A program made the position numbers and the translations under genes. From Paragordius varius (Eukaryota > Animalia > Nematomorpha), in the NCBI GenBank assembly GCA_964247055.1, contig OZ176057.1, forward strand, positions 6,289,327-6,353,326: a stretch of 64,000 nucleotides of DNA, given 5' to 3'. This document shows, piece by piece, positions 49,240 through 62,300 of the stretch (the stretch's first letter is position 1; every line of letters starts with the position of its first letter). Below the pieces are notes generated by a model. It worked only from the letters and a program-made list of their open reading frames with translations. It made no database searches and was not told where the DNA came from.

Positions 49240-52200
49240 ATTTATATTACCGAAAACAACTACGATATTTTTCAAGTTATTTTTAACTGTTAACTGATTG
49301 TACCTTAAAAATATAAATAGTTTAAACATTACTTATATGATTTTTATAAAACCTACTTTTTTATATTGAAAAAAACAGGCAAAATTATGAATTTGAAGGC
49401 GTTATTATCTTTAAACACTTGTGATTGTCTCTGCGTTTTCCAATCTTTTCCTATTATTCTAAATCTTAATATTATCTTTTTAAGTTTTTTTATTTATATC
49501 CAACAATTATATGACAAATTGGTTTTTTTTGCATAATAAGAGGCATGTTAGATTTGACAACTATATTTTTTAATGAAAGACCAAAAAATAGACTTTAAAC
49601 AATGGGCACCCAAGATTTTTATACAACTTTTTTATGCATTTATCTATTTCATAAACTCCACACATATCACCAAATAATTTGAATCTCATTTTTACATTCC
49701 ACTTTAAATTCAAAACTCAAAATGCATTTTTATTCAAACCACAATATGTGGCTGTAGAGCCAAAGTGAAGCAATTAGTGATTTTTGTATATTCATTTAAT
49801 ATAATTATATTTGAAATCATATACGTATTCCTGTCATATTATTTGGGCGCAAAAATTTTAAATGGAATATTTTTAACCCCATATATTTCGAACTTGGAGT
49901 TTGTATTTGAAATTTATTTTTTGTTGCCTTTAAAGGAAATATATTTTTAAGTTGTTATTTTATTTGAAAATAATAAGATCATATTTTCCAACAACAGTCA
50001 CAATATAAAAAATGGCAGCTAAAAAGTTTGAGATGAGAATTTTTTACATTTTCATGTTTTTTAAGAAAAATTTTTCATGCGCATAAATGTCTAAATAAAA
50101 AATATTTTCAAATTTGACCCAATGCTAAAAATAATTTTTAAGATATTTAAATATTAAATGGCCCTTGGGGGGATAAAAAAGCTACCCCAAAAAACGAAGT
50201 CTTGTGAATAAATACTTTTAATTTATGTATTTGACTATTTATTAATTTTTTTTATTGATAAATTAAAATTTTACACAACTAAATTTTTCAAAAACCATTG
50301 GCAACAATAAATTTTGTACAAATTAATTATTTTCCTCTATTCAACATGACACCCTTTATTCCAAAAGGTGGTAAAAAATTCATTTGATAATATATTAAAA
50401 AATATTTTTGGAGTTATGATGTACATTAGATCAAGGGTTGTCCAAAATAAATGGTTTGGCCGGGACAGCATTCCAAATATATATGGACATTAATAATAAT
50501 TATATTTATAGATCAAATACAAGGCTGTTGTAAAATTGCAAACTTAATATAAACGATTTAATTTCGGCAGTATGGTTAGCTAATTTTAAAGATATATTGA
50601 GATAATTTATTCGATATTTTTTAAAGATTTCATCTTTTTTTTGGGTGGAATTTATTGGGTAATTTTAACTGTTTTGTTAATTAACAATACGACACATAGA
50701 TTATTAATTTATTTGACAATGAATATTATTACATATTGCAATAAAATAATGAAAAACTATACGATTAAATTTTGTTTCCTAATTTTTCCAAGAAAGCCAA
50801 GATAATTTCCACCATTTATTTGGCGGGGGCGTTATTCCATTTTCATTGGGAATGTTGGGTTTTAAATTGAGAAATCCAATCCGAGTATGGTTTAAGCCTT
50901 GGTTCATTATAATATCCAAATGGATTTTGTAGTCTTTTTCTGGTTCAAATTTATGATTGTAGGTGTGTTCATTTTTTGATACCTATGATAAAAATACAGT
51001 AAAAATTGAAATTATACGGACAAAATAAAAAACCCAAGGCTGCCAAGCAGAACCTAATTCATGAGATACGAACCCCGAGTTTATTTGGGGTTGGAACCAA
51101 CCCGGTTTTCATTCTATTTCGAAATCTTAGGATCAGCACGGTACCGCTTCCACCTGCAAAACTCCCATATGTTATTAAAAAATAAAATTGTTTTTTTTAA
51201 ATTATAATTTAAATTTGATTGTATAATAACATTTTTTGTAGTTTTTATCAAAATGGAGGACACCATCAAATCTAAAATTTATTGTTTAAATATTATTATT
51301 TTGAAAAAATGATCATATGGTAACATTTTTTCTCGTATCCGATTGAAATTTTTTGAATATTTTATCTTTAACATTAAATAGAGCCACAGAATAATTATTT
51401 ATGCATATTAATTTTAATCTATAGAAAAATATTTACCTTATTAATTTAAAATTTATGGTAAAAACATAAATATATATTGGAGCATAGTTTATAAAGGGAA
51501 AATACGATAAATATATCCAGTTTGTCCCTTCTTATATTTTATTTTTAAATATCCACCTAAATGCTTTTATAATCCTTAACAAAACCAAGCATATCAATCA
51601 TAATCAATTGCCAGAATGCAAAAAATGAGTCACACTTAATATTAGTGGTACTTAAACCGCGACCCACGAGCCGTATGCCCTCAAACTGATTTTCCCAGCC
51701 ACAGATTATGCCAAAATTGAGTTTTATCATCAATTCAAAGTCATAAACTGAAATGAAGGTTTTAAACTGTCCAGAACCGGTACCGAAACCGCTTAATTAA
51801 CCCGGTGCCGGAATTTCAGGAAACACCCTTGCTTCCATTTTTATTATTAGAATCCCGATAGTTTCAGGTTCAAATATTTTCGATCTGGTACGAAGCCCGG
51901 ATAAAAGCTAAAGATAAATATTTTTATATATACACTAAAAGACAACCATTATATTTTCTACATTAACTATAGAGTTCATTTCATAACTTCCATTTTTTGA
52001 CACAATTAAACCTTATACAGTAAAATTATATTGTATTATATTTTAGTTGATTCAATTTGGATTCATTAGAGAGAAAAGTAGTATGCTAATTTCGTCAATA
52101 CGTTTGTGTTTTCGCCAGTAATTATTCACAAAAAATAATAGAATATCTGGTCACCAATTATTTGATTAAAAAGCATTTCTACTTTAAAAGTATGCGAACA

Positions 52201-53545
52201 TAAAGATTAAAAGGCAAATATTTTTTTTATAAAAAGACAATCATACTTTTTAAATTTTAATCTATTTAAATAAAAAGCATCGTTTTGTTTGCGATACGGG
52301 AATCAGCAGAGATGTAAATTGGTAATTCACTCAATTATCTTATTAAGAATTATATTTTTATAATTCAAGATCAAAAAGTATGGCTGTCTTTTGGGACGAA
52401 ACATTTGTTTTTAATGTTTACTGTTACATTACACCATAAAACTAAAAAATAAAGAAAATATCCATCAGAAGCGCACAATATAATCGGTTTAATTTTCGTT
52501 ATTCTAAATAAAAATACTTTTTAACATAACGAAAAACTGTTTAACTATTAATATAATATATCTACCTCTTTATCCAAATATAACTTTCCAGTATATTCTT
52601 CGGTGATTATCAGCTTTTGATATAATATTTTAGCGGTGTCGACTCCTTCCAAATTCCAAGATATTTTGTAATCTCCGTTACCAATATGTTTAATGTCAAA
52701 CTCATCTCTATCCGGATTGCCTAAAGTATTGTAATGTAATAATTTAAATTTTAGAAAGAAAACATAAAAATCAAAAGACAAATATTTTTTTTAAACTGAA
52801 GATATTTACATAAACTATATATTACTATAAAATTTAGATTTAATTATTTATTATATCTTTTTTAGATTTTTTGTATAATTTTCAATCAAATCATAAAATA
52901 AACCTTTTGCAAAGGAAATGAAGATCAAAACGCCATATATTATCATGAAAGCTTTAAAGTAATCCATAATTCAAAAGAAAGTCAGAATAACAAAATGTAT
53001 AAAAAACAATTTGAATAACAAAATTTAAATATGGGTAAAATGAATATATCAGAGTTTCTAGGATATGCTGAGTCTGCAAAAACAATATTTTGCAAAAATA
53101 TACGTAAACAAGGGCTCGATATCTTAAACAAACAAACAAAAATTGTTCTACACCTTAATGATTAATTTAAAATATTTGTTATTTCAAAAAATGCTTTAAT
53201 AGATTATTAATTTTTTACTAAGGTTTAGGGGGGGCAGCCCTCTAAATTATTGCAGTCCGCCTAGAAAAAAAAGTTACATAATTATATGGTCTTTTCAAAA
53301 CGTTTTAGTAATCCCAAATGTCTGCAAGCTTGCAAAGATTGGTGAAATATATTGTAGTATAATAATGATGTTATAACATTTTTTACAGTCTTAATAGATT
53401 CTAATAAGAAGATCAATAAAAATTCAAATTATACGGACAAAACATAATAAAACAATTATTTTAAAAAAAGACCTTTATTATTTTTTAACCTATATATCTC
53501 TAAATATCATTAAATTACAATCGTAAAATACAATCGAGCGCAATT
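49085..53545. repeat. Direct segmental duplication of ~31381-35790
   Basis: Collinear high similarity over ~4.4 kb. Confidence 0.9.
50779..52967 (-). CDS. Putative secreted FN3-like protein, copy 2
   Basis: Same signal exon (ATG 52967), GNPDRDEFDIKHIGNGDYKISWNLEGVD exon, and terminal exon VSKNEHTYNHKFEPEKDYKIHLDIIMNQGLNHTRIG..*. Confidence 0.5.
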
Positions 53546-53562
53546 TTAAGGGGTAAATGGTA

Positions 53563-53840
53563 CAGTTTAAATTGAATTATATGTATAAAACGTAAAAATG
53601 TATAGACAAATATTTTTTTATCTAAAAGACAACCATACTTTTTAAATCTTAATTTTCTTAATTTATAAATTTGCAAAGTATGGACCAGAGATGTGTTTTT
53701 GTAACATAATTAATTATATATTTTACAGTGGTAATTATATATTTTATATGAGAAAAATTTAGGTATTTAAAAGAATGGTTGTCTTTTAGAAATTTGTATT
53801 TATAATGTTACGTTTTGTCCGTATAATTCAGTTTTTACTG
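53563..53840. mobile_element. MITE (CAGT family)
   Basis: TACAGT..AAAACGTAAAAATGTATAGACAAATA..AAAAGACAACCATACTT ... ACGTTTTGTCCGTATAATTCAGTTTTTACTG. Confidence 0.75.
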
Positions 53841-55450
53841 CATAAATAAAAATAAAGATGGGGAGATAATAAATAAGCATTTATGGTTTTTCAGGCCAAA
53901 TTTTTTCTGTATTTTTTTTTAAATCTAAAGGCGGATTTTATAAATAATGAATATGCATAAATTAGCTACGAATCTAATAAACTTCTTTTATAGGCGATAG
54001 AATTTAAAAATAACACTGTACTCTAACAAACACTTGATTATAAAAAATCCTTTACATGATTTCGAATAAGGTTAAAAATTTCATAACGCGAAATTTTCAG
54101 TTTTTTGCCAATGTAAAATAAATTTTGAAGGTTTGAATTATTAGATGTTTCATGAATGTATTTTTTTAAAAAAGTTTAAATGCGCATAAAAGGCCATGGA
54201 GCACATATTATTTTACGAAGCAAGTGTTATATCATAGAAAATTTTAGTATTGTGAGACAGATAAACTAAATATTATAGCAGGAATTTTTCTTTAATTTTA
54301 TTAATTATTGGATTTGGGGGCTATTAAATTCTTGCTCTTATACATTTTTACAATTTTATTGCAATTATATAACACTTTGTTACCTTTTTTATATCCCAAA
54401 CTAAATTTATAAATAAACTACAATTTTGAATATGTTATTTTTAACATTTAATTAAAAGCTTATATTTTTACAGTTTTGTGGCTTCTAGAGTCTTAAAATG
54501 AAACAGTCAAAACATGATTGAAATTAAGTATATTAAGTTTTTGCCTATAAAATGTAGTCTGAAAGCTTTTTAAAATTACTTTTTCAATTTTCTAACCATA
54601 AAATGCATTTATATCATGTTTCATCAGCGATTAAAAAAAATATAGGAAGATGAGGATTTTTAATAATTTCGCTTGTATCTTTTAAAAAAATTTGTATAAT
54701 GCGATTAAAAGACTAAAGAAAGCATATTTTTAAATTCGGCGTAATCTTCTTTTTAAGATATTAATATTTCTATCTCTGGGATATAAAACTACCCCAATAG
54801 ATAATGGAGTGTTAAAAGAGAACACATAACCCTTATTATCCGAATCAGATATAAAATGAAATTTTTTTGAACGAAAACATGCATAAAGTTTTATAACTTT
54901 TTTGATTTTTAACAAAGATTATTGGCATTTCCTAAAGAATTTTTAAGTTATTGGATTATGTTTAACATCTATTGTCCAGTACAAAACCTTACAAAGACTC
55001 CAATAGCCTTCTCTAATTCTAAATTATGGTAGAAAAACAAATCATAAACATTATAAATAACCATTATTTTTAATGAGAACCATATTTTTCGTCTCAAATT
55101 TTGCCTTTTATTATAAACCAATCAATCGATTACAACAATAAAATAAAAAATTAAATGTGTTTCCATTTAAATTTTTGTTTCATTTTTTTATAACCTAAAA
55201 AATCCTACTAATTTTTTAGTTTTATTTCCTTATAATTTTATGTTACTCTATAAAAATACTTGATATCACTATGAAATCTGATTACTAAAGTTTTTACTTA
55301 ATAGGCCACTCTATACCAATTTGTTCTGTGTTGGCTATTTGTTAAATTTATTCCTTTTTGAGATTCCAGCATAAACTTAGTTGATTTACTAAATTTGGTT
55401 ACAGAACCTATAATAATATATATTTTAAATTATGTTATATTCTAAAGATA

Positions 55451-55728
55451 CAGTAAAAACTGAAAATTATACGGACAAAATGTAAAAATATAAAGTCAAA
55501 TATTTTTTCTATAAACAATTATACTGTTTATTGGATTAACTCATTGTTTTAAATGGAAAAACGTAAAATAGAGATATATATATAAATAAAACAATCAATT
55601 CTATATTTTACAATTGTATAAATAGCTTATATGAGAAAAATTAAGGTTTTAAAAAAGTGGTTGTATTTTAAATAAAAATATTTATCTTTATGTTTTTACG
55701 TAAGTCCGTATAATTTCAACTTTTACTG
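55451..55728. mobile_element. MITE (CAGT family)
   Basis: TACAGTAAAAACTGAAAATTATACGGACAAAATG ... GTCCGTATAATTTCAACTTTTACTG. Confidence 0.8.
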
Positions 55729-55866
55729 TTTGAAGTATTATGGAAAAAGTTGTTTAAGATTTTTTCAAATTACAACCTCCAATGATAACCCAAAAAATAT
55801 GATTGTTGTGTAGAGATGCAAAAACCTCAAAAAATTTAATTTATTAACATTTCTTTTAAATTTGCA

Positions 55867-56201
55867 ATGCTTTTCCTAACGCTTACATTTGCATTGATAA
55901 TCATTACCGTTATTTTCATACATCAAATGTGTATTTGGGAATAAACAGTTTGTATGGAGATACGTGTAATCAAACTGTACCCATTTTTGGGGTCCCTAAT
56001 TGCGTTTGCTTGCAACATTACGAATCCTATGTCATTAAGAAAATGGTGCGTTGTAAAATTGTAAAGGGTTTTTTGGGTGCATTTGATTTTCCAACTACGC
56101 TCCTCAACTTATTTCGATTTATTAAAGTGCTAAACAGGTACGCCGTTATAGATACACTGTATACTGGAAAAAGTGTTATTGGTATTAATTTAGTTTCATA
56201 A
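55867..56201 (+). CDS. Secreted LRRNT-cap protein, inverted paralog of 28379-28775; 5-prime exons intact, remainder unresolved
   Basis: ATG 55867 MLFLTLTFALIIITVIFIHQ, a 20-nt intron at 55929-55948, then ILYGDTCNQTVPIFGVPNCVCLQHYESYVIKKMVRCKIVKGFLGAFDFPTTLLNL. Possible further exons at ~56378 and ~56500-56580. Confidence 0.55.
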
Positions 56202-59200
56202 ATTCAAAACATAAAAAGTTGCAAGAGGCTAATAATGTTTTTTAAATATATCTTATCGTTTATGGAACAAATAAGGAGTAGAATAAATTGGTAAAAAAAC
56301 CGTTTTCATTAGTCTTTTACTTTTTATCTTTGTCCTAATAATGTTAACTTTTACTTTAATATTTATAATCTATTACAGGGAAGTTGGAAAAAGGGATCGG
56401 CAATTAGATCACTTAACAATTAAAAAGTTGCACCGGAACTTATAATTTTAGTTTCGAGGTTTACACATAAAATTTCGATTCAACTAATATAAAAAATCAA
56501 GAAGATGGACACGTATCAATATGGCTAAATTCTAGCTAAACTCCGCAGTAACAGCAGCATCACTGTTGGACCTGAATAGGTGAGTGTTCAATTTTACAAG
56601 TTCATAGAGCCCATATTATTTTTTGAACTAAATGGACAGAAACTTAAAATCAAAGGTGTGTGAATGGTTAGTTTTGATCAAAAAATAACAAATAAACATT
56701 AACTAATATATTTCCATGAGACTAAGAAGATATTATACCGAGTTTATCGATTAATCAATTTTCGTGCATTCCGATGATAAAATTTGGAAAGACATATTTA
56801 GATACGCTTATAAATTTTATAAATCAAGAAGTTAAGCTTATATTCAATAAATTTTCCAAATCTATTTCCGGTTTTCGCTCATAAAGTTTTAAATATTAAT
56901 TTTTTTTTAATATAAAAAAATTTGAATGGCGTAAATGTTTTAGATGATGATTTTTACAATTTTACATTTTTAAAGTTTTTTTGAATTATGCGCGTAAAAT
57001 AAAAGGATAAAGAAAACATATTTTTAAATGCGACCTAACATTTTAAATAGTTCTTTCAAATTTTAAATCGCTCTGGTATATAATACCCTAAAGAAAAGGT
57101 AAAAAGAGTTTTACATAAGAAGCAACATACCGCTATTCTTTTCAATTATTATGTTTAAATTTGCGCATTTTTGATTGATGGTGGAATTCAGCAACCCGCA
57201 ATCTAAAATGTGGAATTACATTAAAATTGATATTATAGGGACAAAACGTAAAAATATACAGATAAATATTTTATTTCCAAAGCATACTTTTTAAATTTCG
57301 ATTCTTGGGTATAAAATAGTGTTTTAAACTGAAAAGTTTATAGAGATCCATTGGAAACTCAATCACACATTTTAACATTTCGTATTCACCCTAAAAATAA
57401 TTTATGTTACGGGCGAAACTAAGGCATATTGATATGAAATATAGTAAAAAATGAAACAAATATTTTTTTCTCAAAGACGATCATACTTTTTAATCTTTAT
57501 TTTTTTTATTTAATAATATTTTAAACTGCAAAGTATAAAATAGAGCAATAACACAATCAATGTAATAAATTTAAAGTTTAAAATGAATGGGTGTTTTTTG
57601 AAATAAAAAATTTTGTCTTTATATTTTTACGTTTTCTCCGTATAATAATTTTAACTGTATATACATTTATGGCACAGTTTATCATTTTTTCTGTACTATG
57701 TTAATTTAAACAAAACACATTTAAAAAATATATAAAAAATTAGGTAATTTTTGCTTTCAAAAATATATATTATTTTCGGGGATAATTTTGAAGTGTTCAA
57801 GGCTGAATTTTGGCATCTAATATTTTAAAGAAAACCTTTTGATTTTTTCATGTTCTTAGTCTATAATATTAATATTTTTTATCAAATAAATTGTAAAACG
57901 AATTCACGAAACTTAATTAATTATATAATTATTTTTTTCTGATATTTTAACATACTATTTGCATTTTGTATTGTATTGTTTAGCCCATATTCGGAATCGT
58001 TTACCCTAATGCAAAACTCAATTTAAACAATGATTGTTCACTGTTATAAATTACCATTATTATTTTGCATAGAAAAAGTTTAAAGTAATCATGAATTTCT
58101 TAAATCAAAACTATGTCCTAATTTTACTTTTCTAAAAAATGAGGAAAAAAAGATCAATAATAACACTAGACAAGAAATTTTTCTGTCATTCGAGTTTTAT
58201 GCATTTTCTGATACTTACTATCATTTTTAGAGTAAATCTAAAATAAAAATTATAATGCCACCTAAGTTCTGTAATAATTGATTTTTTTAATTATGAGCTC
58301 TCTTTATCAAAATTTAACTAAAAAATATTTTTCTTGTAAAATATACAAGAAATGCCCATTTGTAATATATGATTCGAAAGATTAAAAAACTCTATAAAAT
58401 GCACACTAATATGTTTTACATCGATTGGACATAGATAACGACAAACGCGCGAAGCGAGGGCGTTTTTCTTAATAAATATATTTTTAAAACTAATGGATGA
58501 AAATAGCTCAAACTTTCTCTAGATCGTGTTGAATGATTAAAAAAGATACAAGAAGGTTTTTTTGATTTGAACATTAATTTATTGCTTTTATGTCATTCAA
58601 AAGCATTTTTAAGTTTTTTGTATATTTAAAAATTATATCATCTCATCAATACTAATTTATTTTCTTTAGAAGGCTTATAATTTCAAAATAAGGACTAAAT
58701 ATATAGATTAAAGGATTCTCGATCTTTGATAACCATTAATTTAATTATTAGGTAAAATAATTTTGATAAAAAAGCAGAGCAGAAACTTTTTTAAAGATTT
58801 TTTTTAATTTTATACTAATGTAACCCTAATAATCATATTAAAATAATTATTATTTTTAAATTAATTTCCCTGTGTTTTGAATTTTTAAGGGAAAATTTTG
58901 GCCATATAAACCCAAATAAATTTTACATCAGATTGACTTAAATGACTAATTACCATTCGAAAGATACAGTTTTTGCCCTCTTTCGAATGATATAAAATAC
59001 ATAGCTTCATATCTAAAACTTTTAATTTTTATTTCGAGTTTAATGTTAAATCGGGGCCAAAAATTATCGATAAACTTTAATATAAAAAAACTCTTAGGTA
59101 TTAGAACGATTTTGTAATGATTAACGGGTTATGTTTTGTAATAACAGTTGTCAAAATCAATTAAATAGAATATGAAATTATGAATAGAAATTATAAACGA

Positions 59201-59369
59201 TATGTGCTTCGTCAATAGTAATCGCAGACTAGTTTTGTGCTATTTCCAAATATACCATTTATGTACTTTAATGAAATAAATTTTAAATTTATACAAATGG
59301 AAGTTGTAAAATTTATTTGTTGTCGCAAGTGTAATTGACAAAAATGTCAGAATAATATTAACAACCATA

Positions 59370-62300
59370 TTAGGGTTAGGGTTAGGGTTAGGGTTAGGGT
59401 TAGGGTTAGGGTTAGGGTTAGGGTTAGGGTTAGGGTTAGGGTTAGGGTTAGGGTTAGGGTTAGGGTTAGGGTTAGGGTTAGGGTTAGGGTTAGGGTTAGG
59501 GTTAGGGTTAGGGTTAGGGTTAGGGTTAGGGTTAGGGTTAGGGTTAGGGTTAGGGTTAGGGTTAGGGTTAGGGTTAGGGTTAGGGTTAGGGTTAGGGTTA
59601 GGGTTAGGGTTAGGGTTAGGGTTAGGGTTAGGGTTAGGGTTAGGGTTAGGGTTAGGGTTAGGGTTAGGGTTAGGGTTAGGGTTAGGGTTAGGGTTAGGGT
59701 TAGGGTTAGGGTTAGGGTTAGGGTTAGGGTTAGGGTTAGGGTTAGGGTTAGGGTTAGGGTTAGGGTTAGGGTTAGGGTTAGGGTTAGGGTTAGGGTTAGG
59801 GTTAGGGTTAGGGTTAGGGTTAGGGTTAGGGTTAGGGTTAGGGTTAGGGTTAGGGTTAGGGTTAGGGTTAGGGTTAGGGTTAGGGTTAGGGTTAGGGTTA
59901 GGGTTAGGGTTAGGGTTAGGGTTAGGGTTAGGGTTAGGGTTAGGGTTAGGGTTAGGGTTAGGGTTAGGGTTAGGGTTAGGGTTAGGGTTAGGGTTAGGGT
60001 TAGGGTTAGGGTTAGGGTTAGGGTTAGGGTTAGGGTTAGGGTTAGGGTTAGGGTTAGGGTTAGGGTTAGGGTTAGGGTTAGGGTTAGGGTTAGGGTTAGG
60101 GTTAGGGTTAGGGTTAGGGTTAGGGTTAGGGTTAGGGTTAGGGTTAGGGTTAGGGTTAGGGTTAGGGTTAGGGTTAGGGTTAGGGTTAGGGTTAGGGTTA
60201 GGGTTAGGGTTAGGGTTAGGGTTAGGGTTAGGGTTAGGGTTAGGGTTAGGGTTAGGGTTAGGGTTAGGGTTAGGGTTAGGGTTAGGGTTAGGGTTAGGGT
60301 TAGGGTTAGGGTTAGGGTTAGGGTTAGGGTTAGGGTTAGGGTTAGGGTTAGGGTTAGGGTTAGGGTTAGGGTTAGGGTTAGGGTTAGGGTTAGGGTTAGG
60401 GTTAGGGTTAGGGTTAGGGTTAGGGTTAGGGTTAGGGTTAGGGTTAGGGTTAGGGTTAGGGTTAGGGTTAGGGTTAGGGTTAGGGTTAGGGTTAGGGTTA
60501 GGGTTAGGGTTAGGGTTAGGGTTAGGGTTAGGGTTAGGGTTAGGGTTAGGGTTAGGGTTAGGGTTAGGGTTAGGGTTAGGGTTAGGGTTAGGGTTAGGGT
60601 TAGGGTTAGGGTTAGGGTTAGGGTTAGGGTTAGGGTTAGGGTTAGGGTTAGGGTTAGGGTTAGGGTTAGGGTTAGGGTTAGGGTTAGGGTTAGGGTTAGG
60701 GTTAGGGTTAGGGTTAGGGTTAGGGTTAGGGTTAGGGTTAGGGTTAGGGTTAGGGTTAGGGTTAGGGTTAGGGTTAGGGTTAGGGTTAGGGTTAGGGTTA
60801 GGGTTAGGGTTAGGGTTAGGGTTAGGGTTAGGGTTAGGGTTAGGGTTAGGGTTAGGGTTAGGGTTAGGGTTAGGGTTAGGGTTAGGGTTAGGGTTAGGGT
60901 TAGGGTTAGGGTTAGGGTTAGGGTTAGGGTTAGGGTTAGGGTTAGGGTTAGGGTTAGGGTTAGGGTTAGGGTTAGGGTTAGGGTTAGGGTTAGGGTTAGG
61001 GTTAGGGTTAGGGTTAGGGTTAGGGTTAGGGTTAGGGTTAGGGTTAGGGTTAGGGTTAGGGTTAGGGTTAGGGTTAGGGTTAGGGTTAGGGTTAGGGTTA
61101 GGGTTAGGGTTAGGGTTAGGGTTAGGGTTAGGGTTAGGGTTAGGGTTAGGGTTAGGGTTAGGGTTAGGGTTAGGGTTAGGGTTAGGGTTAGGGTTAGGGT
61201 TAGGGTTAGGGTTAGGGTTAGGGTTAGGGTTAGGGTTAGGGTTAGGGTTAGGGTTAGGGTTAGGGTTAGGGTTAGGGTTAGGGTTAGGGTTAGGGTTAGG
61301 GTTAGGGTTAGGGTTAGGGTTAGGGTTAGGGTTAGGGTTAGGGTTAGGGTTAGGGTTAGGGTTAGGGTTAGGGTTAGGGTTAGGGTTAGGGTTAGGGTTA
61401 GGGTTAGGGTTAGGGTTAGGGTTAGGGTTAGGGTTAGGGTTAGGGTTAGGGTTAGGGTTAGGGTTAGGGTTAGGGTTAGGGTTAGGGTTAGGGTTAGGGT
61501 TAGGGTTAGGGTTAGGGTTAGGGTTAGGGTTAGGGTTAGGGTTAGGGTTAGGGTTAGGGTTAGGGTTAGGGTTAGGGTTAGGGTTAGGGTTAGGGTTAGG
61601 GTTAGGGTTAGGGTTAGGGTTAGGGTTAGGGTTAGGGTTAGGGTTAGGGTTAGGGTTAGGGTTAGGGTTAGGGTTAGGGTTAGGGTTAGGGTTAGGGTTA
61701 GGGTTAGGGTTAGGGTTAGGGTTAGGGTTAGGGTTAGGGTTAGGGTTAGGGTTAGGGTTAGGGTTAGGGTTAGGGTTAGGGTTAGGGTTAGGGTTAGGGT
61801 TAGGGTTAGGGTTAGGGTTAGGGTTAGGGTTAGGGTTAGGGTTAGGGTTAGGGTTAGGGTTAGGGTTAGGGTTAGGGTTAGGGTTAGGGTTAGGGTTAGG
61901 GTTAGGGTTAGGGTTAGGGTTAGGGTTAGGGTTAGGGTTAGGGTTAGGGTTAGGGTTAGGGTTAGGGTTAGGGTTAGGGTTAGGGTTAGGGTTAGGGTTA
62001 GGGTTAGGGTTAGGGTTAGGGTTAGGGTTAGGGTTAGGGTTAGGGTTAGGGTTAGGGTTAGGGTTAGGGTTAGGGTTAGGGTTAGGGTTAGGGTTAGGGT
62101 TAGGGTTAGGGTTAGGGTTAGGGTTAGGGTTAGGGTTAGGGTTAGGGTTAGGGTTAGGGTTAGGGTTAGGGTTAGGGTTAGGGTTAGGGTTAGGGTTAGG
62201 GTTAGGGTTAGGGTTAGGGTTAGGGTTAGGGTTAGGGTTAGGGTTAGGGTTAGGGTTAGGGTTAGGGTTAGGGTTAGGGTTAGGGTTAGGGTTAGGGTTA

